Shown: piece by piece, positions 23,895-35,106 of the stretch | How the letters are laid out: each line of letters opens with the position of its first letter | Position numbering within the stretch: the first letter of the stretch is position 1 | Translations under genes and position numbers: made by a program | Notes under the pieces: generated by a model | The model's database searches: none | Told to the model about the DNA's origin: nothing | What the model saw: the letters and a program-made list of their open reading frames with translations, nothing else | NCBI GenBank assembly: GCA_964016885.1 | Contig: OZ024755.1 | Span: forward strand, 62,001-126,000 | From: Eledone cirrhosa | Lineage: Eukaryota | DNA length: 64,000 nucleotides | Reading direction: 5' to 3'

Positions 23895-25435
23895 TACTTG
23901 GCATTTGTCGACCTTGAGAAAGCCTTTGACAGAGTTCCACGTGCAGTAATCTGGTGGGCTCTTAGAAAACTAGGAGTAGATGAATGGCTTGTGAAAGCGG
24001 TACAAGCCATGTATAGGGGAGCAGTCAGCAAAGTTAGGATTGGCAATGAGTATAGCGAGGAATTTAGCGTACAGGTTGGGGTCCACCAGGGCTCTGTTCT
24101 TAGCCCTCTCCTGTTCATCATAGTCCTGCAGGCAATAACGGAGGAGTTTAAGACCGGATGCCCATGGGAACTCCTGTATGCTGATGACCTCGCACTCATA
24201 GCTGAATCTATGGTAGAACTAGAGAATAAATTCCAAACCTGGAAGCAGGGACTAGAGAGAAAGGGCCTCAAAGTCAACATGACAAAGACTAAGGTCCTTA
24301 TAAGTAGACGAGAAAACAGAACCCAGATCCCCTCAGGGAAATGGCCTTGCTCAGTATGTAGGAAAGGTGTAGGTAGGAACTCCATTCTCTGCCCCAAATG
24401 CAAACAATGGGTACACAAGAGATGTAGCGGGATCTCAGGAAGCTTAATTAAGAATGTAGGATTCACATGCAGCAGCTGTGCTGAAACAGCAAGCAAACAG
24501 CCACAGGAAACAAGTACCACCAATCTCTGGGAGGGCCCTGTAGACAGCTTCTGCTACCTAGGTGACCGAATTAGCAACGGAGGTGGGTGCTCAGAAAGTA
24601 CAATAACTAGGGTAAGAACGGGATGGAAGAAGTTTAGGGAACTACTACCACTGCTAGCTGCAAAAGGCTTCTCCCTCAGAATGAAAGGCAGACTGTATGA
24701 TGCGTGTATCCGAACAGCGATGTTGCATGGTAGTGAGACCTGGGCGCTGAAGGTGGAAGACTTACGTAGATTAGAGAGAAACGAAGCCTGCATGCTCCGA
24801 TGGATGTGCAACAGTAATATACGTGAACGACAAAGCATAAAGGAATTGAGAGAGAGACTGAGCATAAGAGGAATCAAATGCTGCGTGCAGGAGAGGCGGT
24901 TACGCTGGTATGGACATGTGATGCGTATGAAGGATGACAGCTGCATAAAAAGGTGCAGAGCACTAGAAGTTGATGGAAACCGCGGAGTGGGGAGACCCAA
25001 GATGACTTGGGATGAGGTGATAAAAGCTGACCTTACCCAACTACACCTCTCAAAGTCAATGACACACGACCGTGACTTCTGGCGTCACGCAGTAATACAG
25101 GGTACCCGACCTCCCATGGGTACATGCTGAAGCATATAAACAATATGCCCCCACTCCCCCCACCGCAAGGTGGTCGTGGAGGTGCCACGGCAAAAAAGCA
25201 CCCAGCCCACACTGTAAAGTGGACGTGTAGGCGCCACGAAAAAGCACCCAGCACTCACTGTAAATGAGGTTGGTGTTAGGAAGGGCATCCAGCTGTAGAA
25301 ATCAAGCCAGATCAGTTCCTGTATGAGCAAGGCATGGTCAGCCGACCAGACACTGCCCACAACAGGACAACCCGTCTAACCCATGCTAGCGTGGAAGAAC
25401 GGACGTAAAACGGTGATGATGATGATGATGATGAT
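23895..25435 (+). mobile_element. Young 5'-truncated RTE LINE with uninterrupted RT C-terminal ORF (23895-25130)
   Basis: YLAFVDLEKAFDRVP...GVHQGSVLSPLLF...LLYADDL...PHD-like finger...RRLRWYGHVMRM; 3' UTR and (GAT)n tail. Confidence 0.96.
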
Positions 25436-27049
25436 ATCTGTACGCAGTTTCCTTCTATTTTTCTTTCTTAACAGAAACTATATTATTTCATAAAAAGAAA
25501 AACATATTGAAATAGAAGATTTAGAATGAAGGTCGAACTTTACGGACAAATTCACAAAATATTTTAGAGAGACCTTTAGGTTTGTATGAACCCTGATAGA
25601 AGATCATGACATTAGAGTATTTGTCAATAAAGAGGTTTATCAATCTATTAAAGGTTTTTATCACTAATATTTTGATAACAGGAAGAAGTGAAGGCATATA
25701 ACTTAGTGGTTAGAGAATTGGATTTGCAATTGGGAGGTTGCGAGTATGATTTCCAGACTGGTCAATGGGTCATGCCCTTGAAGAAGACACTTTATTTCAT
25801 ATTGTTCCTTCTGCCAGGAGTGGCAACCAGTAGATAGTATCAGCAGTAGGAAAGACGAATGGAAACATTGTTTCCTTTGTTCAATTTGGAAGAGTTAATT
25901 GAACTATTCTAAAAAACCAATGACTCATCAGCCATGACCCTTTTTGGGACCTCAGGACTGGTAGAAATGGGGGAGGACAGTATCCTCAAACTGGAGACCT
26001 GGTCTGAATCATTGTAATAGAGTGAACTCTGCTAAAGGCACCCAAGAACCAGGTGGTGGTGCTAAACCAGGGGAAAGTTTAAGTCTACCATCCAAGTAGG
26101 CTACAGCAGGATTTGATCTTAGAAAACAAAGAACCAGAAAAAATACTACAAGTCATCTCGTCGGTTACTCAAACAATTTCACCAATCCATGTCTCTAGAC
26201 AGGTACTTCTAGAACTTTCTCACTGAGGCAATGTATGTGTGCATGTGTAATGTGCATAAGAAGATAGCAGTGTAGTTGCAGTTGTGTGCACATGTAAGAT
26301 ATACTGAGTAAAGATACTATAAACATTTGAATTAACAAATCTGATTTTAGATATTTTCTGTTCAATCATTACAGGATATTAATAGTGAAACTACTTATCC
26401 CATTAAACATTAATGGACAAATTTTAAAGCATAATAACCCCTTAAACTACTTAGTCCATTAAAGTATAACCCCATAAACTACTTATTCACTGAAACTTTA
26501 CCCTGGACATTTTCTCATGACCTGTAAAGATTGTAGAATAAATGGGACATGAGATATCTGGTGGATGAAGGATGTTTTGGATAATACAGCAGGGATCAAG
26601 ACATACTAAATAGCAATACACATTGATGCACAAATAGCAACTAATATATAGCAAATTAGCAATGGGGCCTAATGCATGGAAAGTCACATTGCAGGCTCAG
26701 GCTCAATGTTGGCCATTTATGGTAATTAGAAGAGGTATATGTGATAGAACGAGGCAAAAACTAAATGGGCAAATGATTCTGTATATATATATATATATTT
26801 GAATAAACAGTGAAAGAATTAAAATAATTCAGAGCAGCTATAATTAATTATCAAGTGATAGTGGGTGGAGAGGTATTGAAAAGGAGGAACTGAGTCCACT
26901 ACAGATGCATCTATTAAATAGTGTTATAGTGATTTGGCACCCACCTAAGCCGACTGAACGTCTCCTTGTCAGGAGACCGCCTTCTTTAGCAGCATTTGCT
27001 ATGTTTGCCCCAACCTCAGAAAAGGCTCGTTTTCTCATCATTGACTCAC

Positions 27050-27137
27050 CAGCATAGGAGCTGTTGCCAGATTTATGGGAAGCGGATGATGTATAGAGTT
27101 CTTGAAATGAGAGATCTTGGATGCTGTCAGCACGGAG
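27050..27137 (-). CDS. KIF13: KIF13-like exon (LRADSIQDLSFQELYTSSASHKSGNSSYA); in-frame alternative donor extends it to 26945
   Basis: TTTCAG acceptor, G|GTGAGT donor (phase 1); frame stays open to a second phase-1 donor G|GTGGGT. Confidence 0.82.
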
Positions 27138-27753
27138 CTGAAATGCAGATAAAAAAAAAGATTATATATTAGAGTTAAAAGTAAAATTTAATGGCGAAAT
27201 AATATCAACTGCACACACACACACAATCACTTACACATACACACACACATTATCTAAATTATAAATCGGTTTGCATTTATATTTATTCAGTATATACTTA
27301 ATTCTTGGAAGTAATCAATAATAGAAAATCAACTAATTTAATGATCTTAAATGGTCCAATCATTGATGAAATAGTATGGAATTAGTGTTTAATTACAGAA
27401 GAGATTTTATGTCAGTTAATAATAAGCAATTTAGTTCATTTTATCAGTGATGTAAGAAGGGGAGTCAGAATGCTGTAAAATGTTCTAATGAATTATTGAT
27501 TTAGTCATAGATAACAAGCAGGTTCATATGTGCTATTAACTGTCAGTTCACTGTGAGTGAATCTTTTATATGAAGTGTGCTGTGGCACATTATTAAAAGA
27601 ATCTTTGGAAATATCAATATTATGAAGTCCACACTGTAAAGTGGTCATGTTGGTGCCACGACAAAAAAGCACCCAGTACACACTGTAAAGAAGTCATGAT
27701 CGTGCCATGACAAAATGCACCCAGTCCATACTGTATCCCTTAGAATTACTCAC

Positions 27754-27789
27754 CTGATCATCAATTCGAGGAGGAGAAGACACCATAGC
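27754..27789 (-). CDS. KIF13: KIF13-like 36-bp exon (AMVSSPPRIDDQ)
   Basis: TTCCAG acceptor, CAG|GTGAGT donor, phase 0-0, in frame. Confidence 0.8.
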
Positions 27790-27914
27790 CTGGAATTTAA
27801 AAAGAAAGTAATTAAGGTAATTTAAAACTCATAAATCAGTATACTTAATTATTAACTATTGTCATGGAAGAAATCTATATTAAAACTGTTGTATATTTCA
27901 TGTACACCATTGGT

Positions 27915-27950
<36 letters not shown>

Positions 27951-28044
27951 AGTGTTGGTGTTAGCAGCAACGCTGACAAATTAAAAAAAAAATCTCAATC
28001 AATTATATTTGTGTGGATATATAAAATAATTAATAAGAGCTCAC

Positions 28045-28122
28045 CTGGTGGATGTTTGGCACACTCGTGGTCTTACGCAGGGAACGGCCAGACGCTGATA
28101 ATAGCTCTTTTACAGCAACTTC
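28045..28122 (-). CDS. KIF13: KIF13-like coding exon (EVAVKELLSASGRSLRKTTSVPNIHQ)
   Basis: 78 bp, CAG and GTGAGC boundaries; LRKTTSVPN resembles the conserved MARK/Par-1 / 14-3-3 site of KIF13 proteins. Confidence 0.92.
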
Positions 28123-28797
28123 CTGGAAAGAGAAGAAATGTTTAGATCATAATTAAAAACCAGTAAAAACTAATATTGTACATCCAAATGTATTAACATT
28201 AATGTGATTATATTCCTGTAGTATAGTGACGTGTGGTATGGACAGGTACAGGTATGGCTATGTGGATAAGGAGTTTGATTCACAACCAAGTGGTTTCAGG
28301 TTCAGTGCCTCACTGTTGCACCTTGGGTAAGTATTTCCTACTATATCCTCAGATTGACCAATGCCTTGTGTAGAGGTCCCTCACACATGTACACACAAAC
28401 GTCCATTTTTGGTGCTTTTCAGGAATCCCTAGCTAATGTGTTTTGATATTAAAAGTTTCTAAAAAAATTTTTTTTCCTTTTTTGCTGATTCAAAATCTAT
28501 ATTATTTAAAATCTAAAAGCCATTTTAGGAATATACATATGAAAAAGAGCAAAAGAAAAAAACAAAACACAAAAAAAAAACTGTGTGTGTAAATGACTCC
28601 ATACTAAAACTATTACGTGTTCAATGCCTACGTAATATGGTAAATAGAAAAAACAAATTGGTCTTGTAAAAATGGTTATATTGCCAATTTGATATTGCAT
28701 ACATAAATTTTACTGATTAATAACTACTCAAAGAGTTATAATATTGTCATGAAATCGCCAATATTCTTAGAGAACAAGACCATATATGACAATGATT

Positions 28798-28836
<39 letters not shown>

Positions 28837-28892
28837 AAATAAGTAAGTCAAATATATAAAATTTGGCTTTGTTTATTATAAATCATAAATTT

Positions 28893-28947
28893 ACTGATAT
28901 ATATATTTCGGTGACAGCCATCATTGGCTGTGACCTCTTCAAGCAGT
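28893..28947 (-). ncRNA. Hammerhead-like motif, core variant UUGAAGA (probably inactive)
   Basis: actgc-TTGAAGA-ggtcacagcca(atga)tggctgtcacc-GAAA-tatata-TA-tcagt. Confidence 0.6.
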
Positions 28948-29146
28948 CCGAATTGGTGTGGAAAAGACAGGTACACATGTTGTTGAAGTGTGTTTCACTC
29001 CGTCAATACATCGAGATGTCCAGCTCCTGGGTGTGTTGTTATTCCTCCGAGGGACTGGAATCACACCTCAACAACATGTGTACCTGTCTTTTCCAACAAT
29101 GTGTGTCCAACAATGTCAAACTTATAATAATATTTCAAGTTCTTAC

Positions 29147-29299
29147 CTGTCGCAATCTATCCAGTGTGAGAATACTTTCCACAGCAGACACACCTTTGAT
29201 GTATTTTTCAATATATGTTTCTCCATCAGCAGCATTGGTTTCATTTTGTGATGCTGCCATCTGAGCAAGAGTTTCCATGTTCTCTAGATCTTCAGACGC
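29147..29299 (-). CDS. KIF13: KIF13-like coding exon (ASEDLENMETLAQMAAS...DGETYIEKYIKGVSAVESILTLDRLRQ)
   Basis: 153 bp, phase 0-0; DGETYIEKY..GV..VE.IL.L.RLRQ motif. Confidence 0.95.
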
Positions 29300-29321
29300 C
29301 TGGTTTTGAAGAAAGTAAGAT

Positions 29322-29359
<38 letters not shown>

Positions 29360-29494
29360 ATGTTGTTACCAAAATGATTACATAAATTAGATAATAATCA
29401 ATTATGAAATATAATTTCCAATTGGGAGTTTCTATTTACCATTTAATCATAATAAAAAAAAAACTTTTCCTAATTGTTTTCTACATTTATATAT

Positions 29495-29830
29495 GGAGGC
29501 ACATGGCTTAGTGGTTAGAGCATTGGCTTTGCAATCTAAAGGTTGTGAGTTCAATTCTCAGACCGGGTGATGTGTTGTTTCCTTGAGCAAGACACTTTAT
29601 TTCCCATTGCTCCAGTTTACTCAGCTGTAGAAATGAGATGATAGGGACTGGGGTCCCTATCATTCCACTGCAAAGTGGTCGTGGAGGTGCCACGGCAAAA
29701 AAGTACCCAGCACTCAATGTAAATGAGGTTGGTGTTAGGAAGGGCATCCAGCTGTAGAAATCAAGCCAGAATCAGTTCCCGTCCCACCCTTGCAAGCAGG
29801 GAAAAAGCGGACGTAAAATGAAATGATGAT
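29495..29830 (+). mobile_element. tRNA-derived SINE family 1
   Basis: Same head, core and tail as 19551-19921. Confidence 0.9.
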
Positions 29831-30330
29831 ATAATTGCAAACTAATTGAACAGACTGGAAAGTCTGGATATATAAGAAAACAATTTTATAACTATTTGCT
29901 TTTAAATTTTATGCATCAAAATAAAACAACAAAAAAAGTTTTTAATTTTAAAAAAGAACATACAAAAAATTTCTTATCTTAAACTCTTTTGTTACTATCT
30001 TAATAAAGAATATTTCTAATGAAAGATATTCCCTATGATTTTCAAATAATTTGGAAAATAATCAAAATTTTGTCGGAGTTTTAGTAATATATCTAACCTT
30101 CTCATTCTTAAGAATGAGAAGGTTAGATATATTGGTATTTGGAGTGTAACTTAAAGGTTTTTACATAAAATTATAATGGAACATTTTGAGATAAATATAA
30201 TTACTTTAAAAGTAGCATTTTTATATTATAAAAACACATGTTTTCAGGCAGTTTTGTATGAAAGGGTTAAGCTGCTGGTTTGAAGTAAAATAACAAAATA
30301 AAATAATCCTCTCAATAAGGATTGACTTAC

Positions 30331-30384
30331 TTTTGGGATATTTGAGACAACTTCATAGGTTACACCACTGCCTAAGAATAAATC
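30331..30384 (-). CDS. KIF13: KIF13-like coding exon (DLFLGSGVTYEVVSNIPK)
   Basis: 54 bp, TTTTAG and GTAAGT boundaries; GVTYE.VSNIPK motif. Confidence 0.93.
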
Positions 30385-30569
30385 CTAAAATATAAAAAAA
30401 TCTCATGGTTAATAGAAGGTTAAGCAATGAATTATATTACATAACATTAAACTATTATAATACTTGGTTAACTAACAAGATTGATTTATAATAGTGTGTG
30501 TTTTATCACCTGACAATGTTAAATGGTTCACACATGATTTATATCAGGACACAATGTTTATACATACAC

Positions 30570-30612
<43 letters not shown>

Positions 30613-30789
30613 CATACATATACATATATATACATATATATATATACACATATACATATATATATATACATACATACATATATATCTACATACATACATA
30701 TATACACATATGATGATGATGATGATGATGATGATATATATATATACATACACACATATATATACATACATATATATATATATATCTAT

Positions 30790-30835
<46 letters not shown>

Positions 30836-30837
30836 AT

Positions 30838-30877
<40 letters not shown>

Positions 30878-30912
30878 AAGTCAAACATGTTAAAGTTGTC
30901 TTTGTTTATTCT

Positions 30913-30965
30913 CTGCTACATATATTTCAGTGACAGCCATTATTGACTGTGACCTCATCAGGCAG
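30913..30965 (-). ncRNA. Minimal type I hammerhead ribozyme motif
   Basis: ctgc-CTGATGA-ggtcacagtca(ataa)tggctgtcact-GAAA-tatatg-TA-gcag; GUA site. Confidence 0.78.
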
Positions 30966-33487
30966 TAAGAAAAAACAGGAAAACATGGTGTTGTAATGTG
31001 TTCTACCCTGTTAATTCATCGATATGTCCAGCTCCTTGGGTGTGTTGTTAGTCCTCAAAGGAACTGGAATTATATGATTCCAGTTCCTTTGAGGACTAAC
31101 AACACACCCAAGGGGGGTGGGGTGACGAGAGGGGAATGCACCCATAAATAGAGTTAATGATATTTGGTTGTATACTGTGGGGTGTCCTAACAAATCTGAG
31201 ATGTTTAGGGGGCGGGGGTTAAACAGGGGGACCCCAGCAATAGGGGGGAGGGGGAGTAAGGCAGTAAGGGCCACACACATTTACAGTCATGAACTGGAAT
31301 CATCAGAATTTAGTAAATATTTATTTGTAGCCGAGATTTATTGAAATTCTCCTATAAAATGAGATGGGGGTGAATTTCAGTTTAGATTATTTAGAATGAA
31401 GAATAAAACAAGAAGTAGAATGCATGAAGAAAGCATATCAGTTGATGTTGCTAAGAGATTTACTAGCTTCAGGTTATAATATCTGCTGCATAGAGTTAGA
31501 GAAAGAAATTGAATAATTCCTTCTGCAAGACAGACAACTAAAAGAAAATAGAATAGAAAAAGACAACAAACCAACTTCCTAAATGTCACTTAAGCTATTC
31601 TAGCATAAGTAAAGGCAAAGACAAAAGAAAAAGATAGAGAGTTAGGCAGTGCCATAGGTTAGGCGGAGAGGTCGATGAAATTATATTAAAAATAACCAGA
31701 ACAAAAATGGCTGAAGAGAGAAGAAAGAAGAAAAAATGATGAGAGAGTTGAATAAAAATTGCAGTGTCACAAAATATGATTTATTAAAGAAAAGATATAA
31801 TGAAACAAAGGACAAATCTAAGAAGAAAAGATGCTGATAACACAAATAATGAAATCATTCAATGGATAATAGTTAGATGTAAATAAAGAAATGAAATCCA
31901 AGAAAGATGAAATCTTAGATGAAGTAAAAAAAAAGGCAAAAAAAAAAGTGTCCCCCCAAAAAAGCAAAAAGATAAAATAAAAAGAATGAAATGAAATGAA
32001 GATATGGTTAGTGTAACAAGTAAACAGGAAGTGATCCAGTGGATAAAGAATAAAGGAAGAAAATGGGAAATAAAAGAATTAAAATGAAGATTGAAAGGCA
32101 GCAAACACTGAATTGAATTTGTAGAGTTAGGTCAATTTGTTTGGCAGCAGATAGAAGCAGAAGAAGGAAAGACATTGAAAGAGATGAAAAGAAGAGGTGG
32201 GGTGGGGGTGAAATGGGAGGGGGAATGGCAGAATAAAGAAGAACTGGAAGGAGAGAGATGGGGGAAGGGCAGGACAGAATAAAGAAGATGAGGTGGAAGG
32301 AGGTGGAGGAGAGAGATGGGATGCAAGACAGAATGAAGAAGAGGGAAAGAGAGAGATGGGGGTGAATCAGCTGGCCAGATGAGAAGGGGTAGAATAAAGA
32401 TTGAGAGAAGAGGTGGGAGGAGAGAGATATGAGGGGGTGGGGGGACAGAATAAAGAAGAGATGGAGAGAGAGAGATAGATAGCCATATGGACCAGGAGGT
32501 AGAAAAGGGAAGAAAATATATTCAAAAGACAAACAGTGGGGTCTGTTTATGAGTTGGGGTGTCTGGGCCTGCATATCTGTGTTGGGGTGTCTGTGCTGCA
32601 TGTGTGTATGTTGCATGTCAGTGCTGTATGTGTCTGTTGTATGTCAGTGCTGCATGTGTGTGCTGCATGTGTCTATGTGTGTTCATGTGTTTATGCATGT
32701 TTGTGCACATGTTTATGTGTTTGATCAGTCACTCATAAATATGTTTTTTCCATGTGTGTGTGTATGTGTGTGTCTGTATAGAAGAGGAGATAGATGGATT
32801 AGGAAATGAGATACATCATAGAATCAATAAATATAAGATATAGAAGAAGGAAAGAGAAAGAATATTTTCCAAGTTTTCTATGAAAAGAAGAAGAAATATA
32901 AACAAAAGACAAAGAATCAAAGACAACAACAAGACAAAGAAAGACAAAAGAGAAATCCAAGAAAATGAAATTTGGTTCAAAGACTATTCATAATAAGCAA
33001 CCGATGGTAAAATCTTCTGTTATTGGATAAGATAGGTGGACGGTGTCTTACAACTGCATATAAACAATTAAAAAAAAATATTTCTTCAAGGAAATGTTTA
33101 TACATATATACGTGTGTATATATATATATAAGCACATGTAGCTATGTGTGTGTGTATATATATATATATAAGCACATGTAACTATGTGTGTGGTGTGTGT
33201 ATATATGTCTATCTATCTAAATATATATATATATATATGGAAAACTACATTAAATGATGACATATTCATGTGTGTCTATATATATATATATGTAGGAGGT
33301 GAGTAATATTGCAGAACAATAAAACTATGCAATATCAGATAAGTAGCACTCAACAGTTGGTAGAACTGGAGTATATATTAAAGAAGAAATTAAATGTATT
33401 AATATGTAGACTGGACACTTTCTTGTTCACAAGTGTTTTTAGGCCTCATATCAAAGGAGAGACACAAAACAAAGAAAAGAATCCCCA

Positions 33488-33530
33488 GTCACTGAAGAGG
33501 TCACAGAATGTGTGATGAAAGAACTTTGAC
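33488..33530 (+). ncRNA. Hammerhead-like motif
   Basis: gtca-CTGAAGA-ggtcaca(gaatg)tgtgat-GAAA-gaac-TT-tgac. Confidence 0.58.
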
Positions 33531-33878
33531 AATACATGAACAACCGTCCGGTTGTGGAACCAACCAACCAACCGGAAATTTACAAATTTCTTAAATTTAT
33601 AATAAATTGGAGTGAAAGCAACTGGTGCGGGGGTTTCTTATTGGCAACATGACCCTCCCAAAGTATAACAATATCGGTTTCAACACATGTATGTTTTCAG
33701 ATAAAGAATCTTGCTAAACAAATTCAGAAACGAAATATATATATATATATATAGGGGTTTAGCTATGTAAATGGGAGAAACAAAATTATCAAAGAAAAAA
33801 TACTTTTCGTAATGAAAAAAAAAATTTTTCTTTATTTTCCTCTGTGAATATATCACAGTTGCCAGTACATTTTTAGAA

Positions 33879-33925
33879 TGTTAGACAGTACTGTTTCAAG
33901 ATATGCTAATCCTTCATCAGTGACA
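33879..33925 (-). ncRNA. Minimal type I hammerhead ribozyme motif
   Basis: tgtca-CTGATGA-aggat(tagcat)atctt-GAAA-cagtactg-TC-taaca; palindromic stem III, GUC site, one stem I mismatch. Confidence 0.72.
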
Positions 33926-34052
33926 CACACTGAACCTCTACTGGCATAGAAATAGATTAGAACCTATATAGAATTTTGCATGATGAATACTTGTTGGATA
34001 TCCTCATTTGCATATAGCAAATAGAAAACAGCTGGAAATATATATTTATAGA

Positions 34053-34251
34053 TGAGGGTCGGCTGAAAATTTCATAGGCTGATTACAGAGGAGTGATGCT
34101 AGGGCTGTGAAATCTTGCCTGCCTTAATTTCAACTTTTTTTTTATTAATAACTCATTGTTTCTTTCCAAGGACTATGTTGAAAAATAAACCTCATTTGGT
34201 CATTCCATGAGAGTATCTTGGTCAGCCTATGAACTTGTTAGACGACCCTCA
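34053..34251. mobile_element. Mariner-type MITE (~200 bp)
   Basis: TIRs tgagggtcggctgaaaatttcataggctga / tcagcctatgaacttgttagacgaccctca in a TA context. Confidence 0.8.
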
Positions 34252-34262
34252 TATATATATGA

Positions 34263-34335
<73 letters not shown>

Positions 34336-34340
34336 ATATA

Positions 34341-34628
34341 GAGGCACATGGCTTAGTGGTTAGAGCATTGGCCTTGCAATCGAAAGGTTGTGAGTTCAAT
34401 TCTCAGACCGGGTATGTGTTGTTTCCTTGAACAAGACACTTTATTTCACATTGCTCCAGTTTACTCAGCTGTGGTCGTGTAGGTGCCACGGCAAAAAGCA
34501 CCCAGCACTCACTGTAAATGAGGTTGGTGTTAGGAAGGGCATCCAGCTGTAGAAATCAAGCCAGAATCAGTTCCCGTCCCACCCTTGCAAGCAGGGAAAA
34601 GTGGACGTAAAATGATGATGATGATGAT
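34341..34628 (+). mobile_element. tRNA-derived SINE family 1
   Basis: Head-core-tail structure; ends about 35 bp from the donor of exon 34663-34887. Confidence 0.9.
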
Positions 34629-34662
34629 AGGAAGAGGAAAAATATGAGAAGTAATGTCATAC

Positions 34663-34887
34663 AGATCTTGTGATCCTCTTCTTAAGCTTGTCTGTGATAC
34701 TTGTTAGTCCTTGTTTCTTGTATATGTTGATGCAAAGTCTTTTGCGTAGGACCAGTTCCATGGAGGCCGGGTGACTTAATCTGACAATAGCTTTCAAAAT
34801 CAAGTAGACACGCTCATTTGAAGGTGTCACCCTGTTCAAGTATTGAGAATCATGGATAGACGAGTCCCAAGATGCAATTGCACAAAT
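34663..34887 (-). CDS. KIF13: KIF13-like coding exon (ICAIASWDSSIHDSQYLNRVTPSNERVYLILK...KKRITRS)
   Basis: 225 bp, phase 0-0; SWDSS.HDS..LNRVTP kinesin-3 stalk motif; preceded by a 91-bp intron. Confidence 0.95.
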
Positions 34888-34978
34888 CTGAATTAAAAAA
34901 AAAAGTGGAAATCATGAAATGTATAATAAATGTTAAAATTTACAGATAAATAAATTAGCTTCAGTATAAAATACTTAC

Positions 34979-35106
34979 ATCTTTTTCTCCGTATGTCTTA
35001 ATGATTGGTAAGCTGTAAAATTTTGCTCCATGTTCTTTTGGTAGAATGGAGTTGATTCCAGCAGCTTGTAAGCCTTCCTTGGCACTAGGTGTGCTCATAT
35101 CATCAG
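34979..35106 (-). CDS. KIF13: KIF13-like coding exon (DDMSTPSAKEGLQAAGINSILPKEHGAKFYSLPIIKTYGEKD)
   Basis: Phase 1-0, GTAAGT donor; NSILPKEHG motif. Confidence 0.93.

Noticed and set aside
15333-25000. Long ORFs antisense to RT sequences (e.g. 17784..18356, 23828..24523)
   Set aside because: Shadow frames of the RTE LINE coding strand
32580-32780. Cluster of TGCATG motifs
   Set aside because: On the antisense strand and part of a degenerate (TG)n repeat
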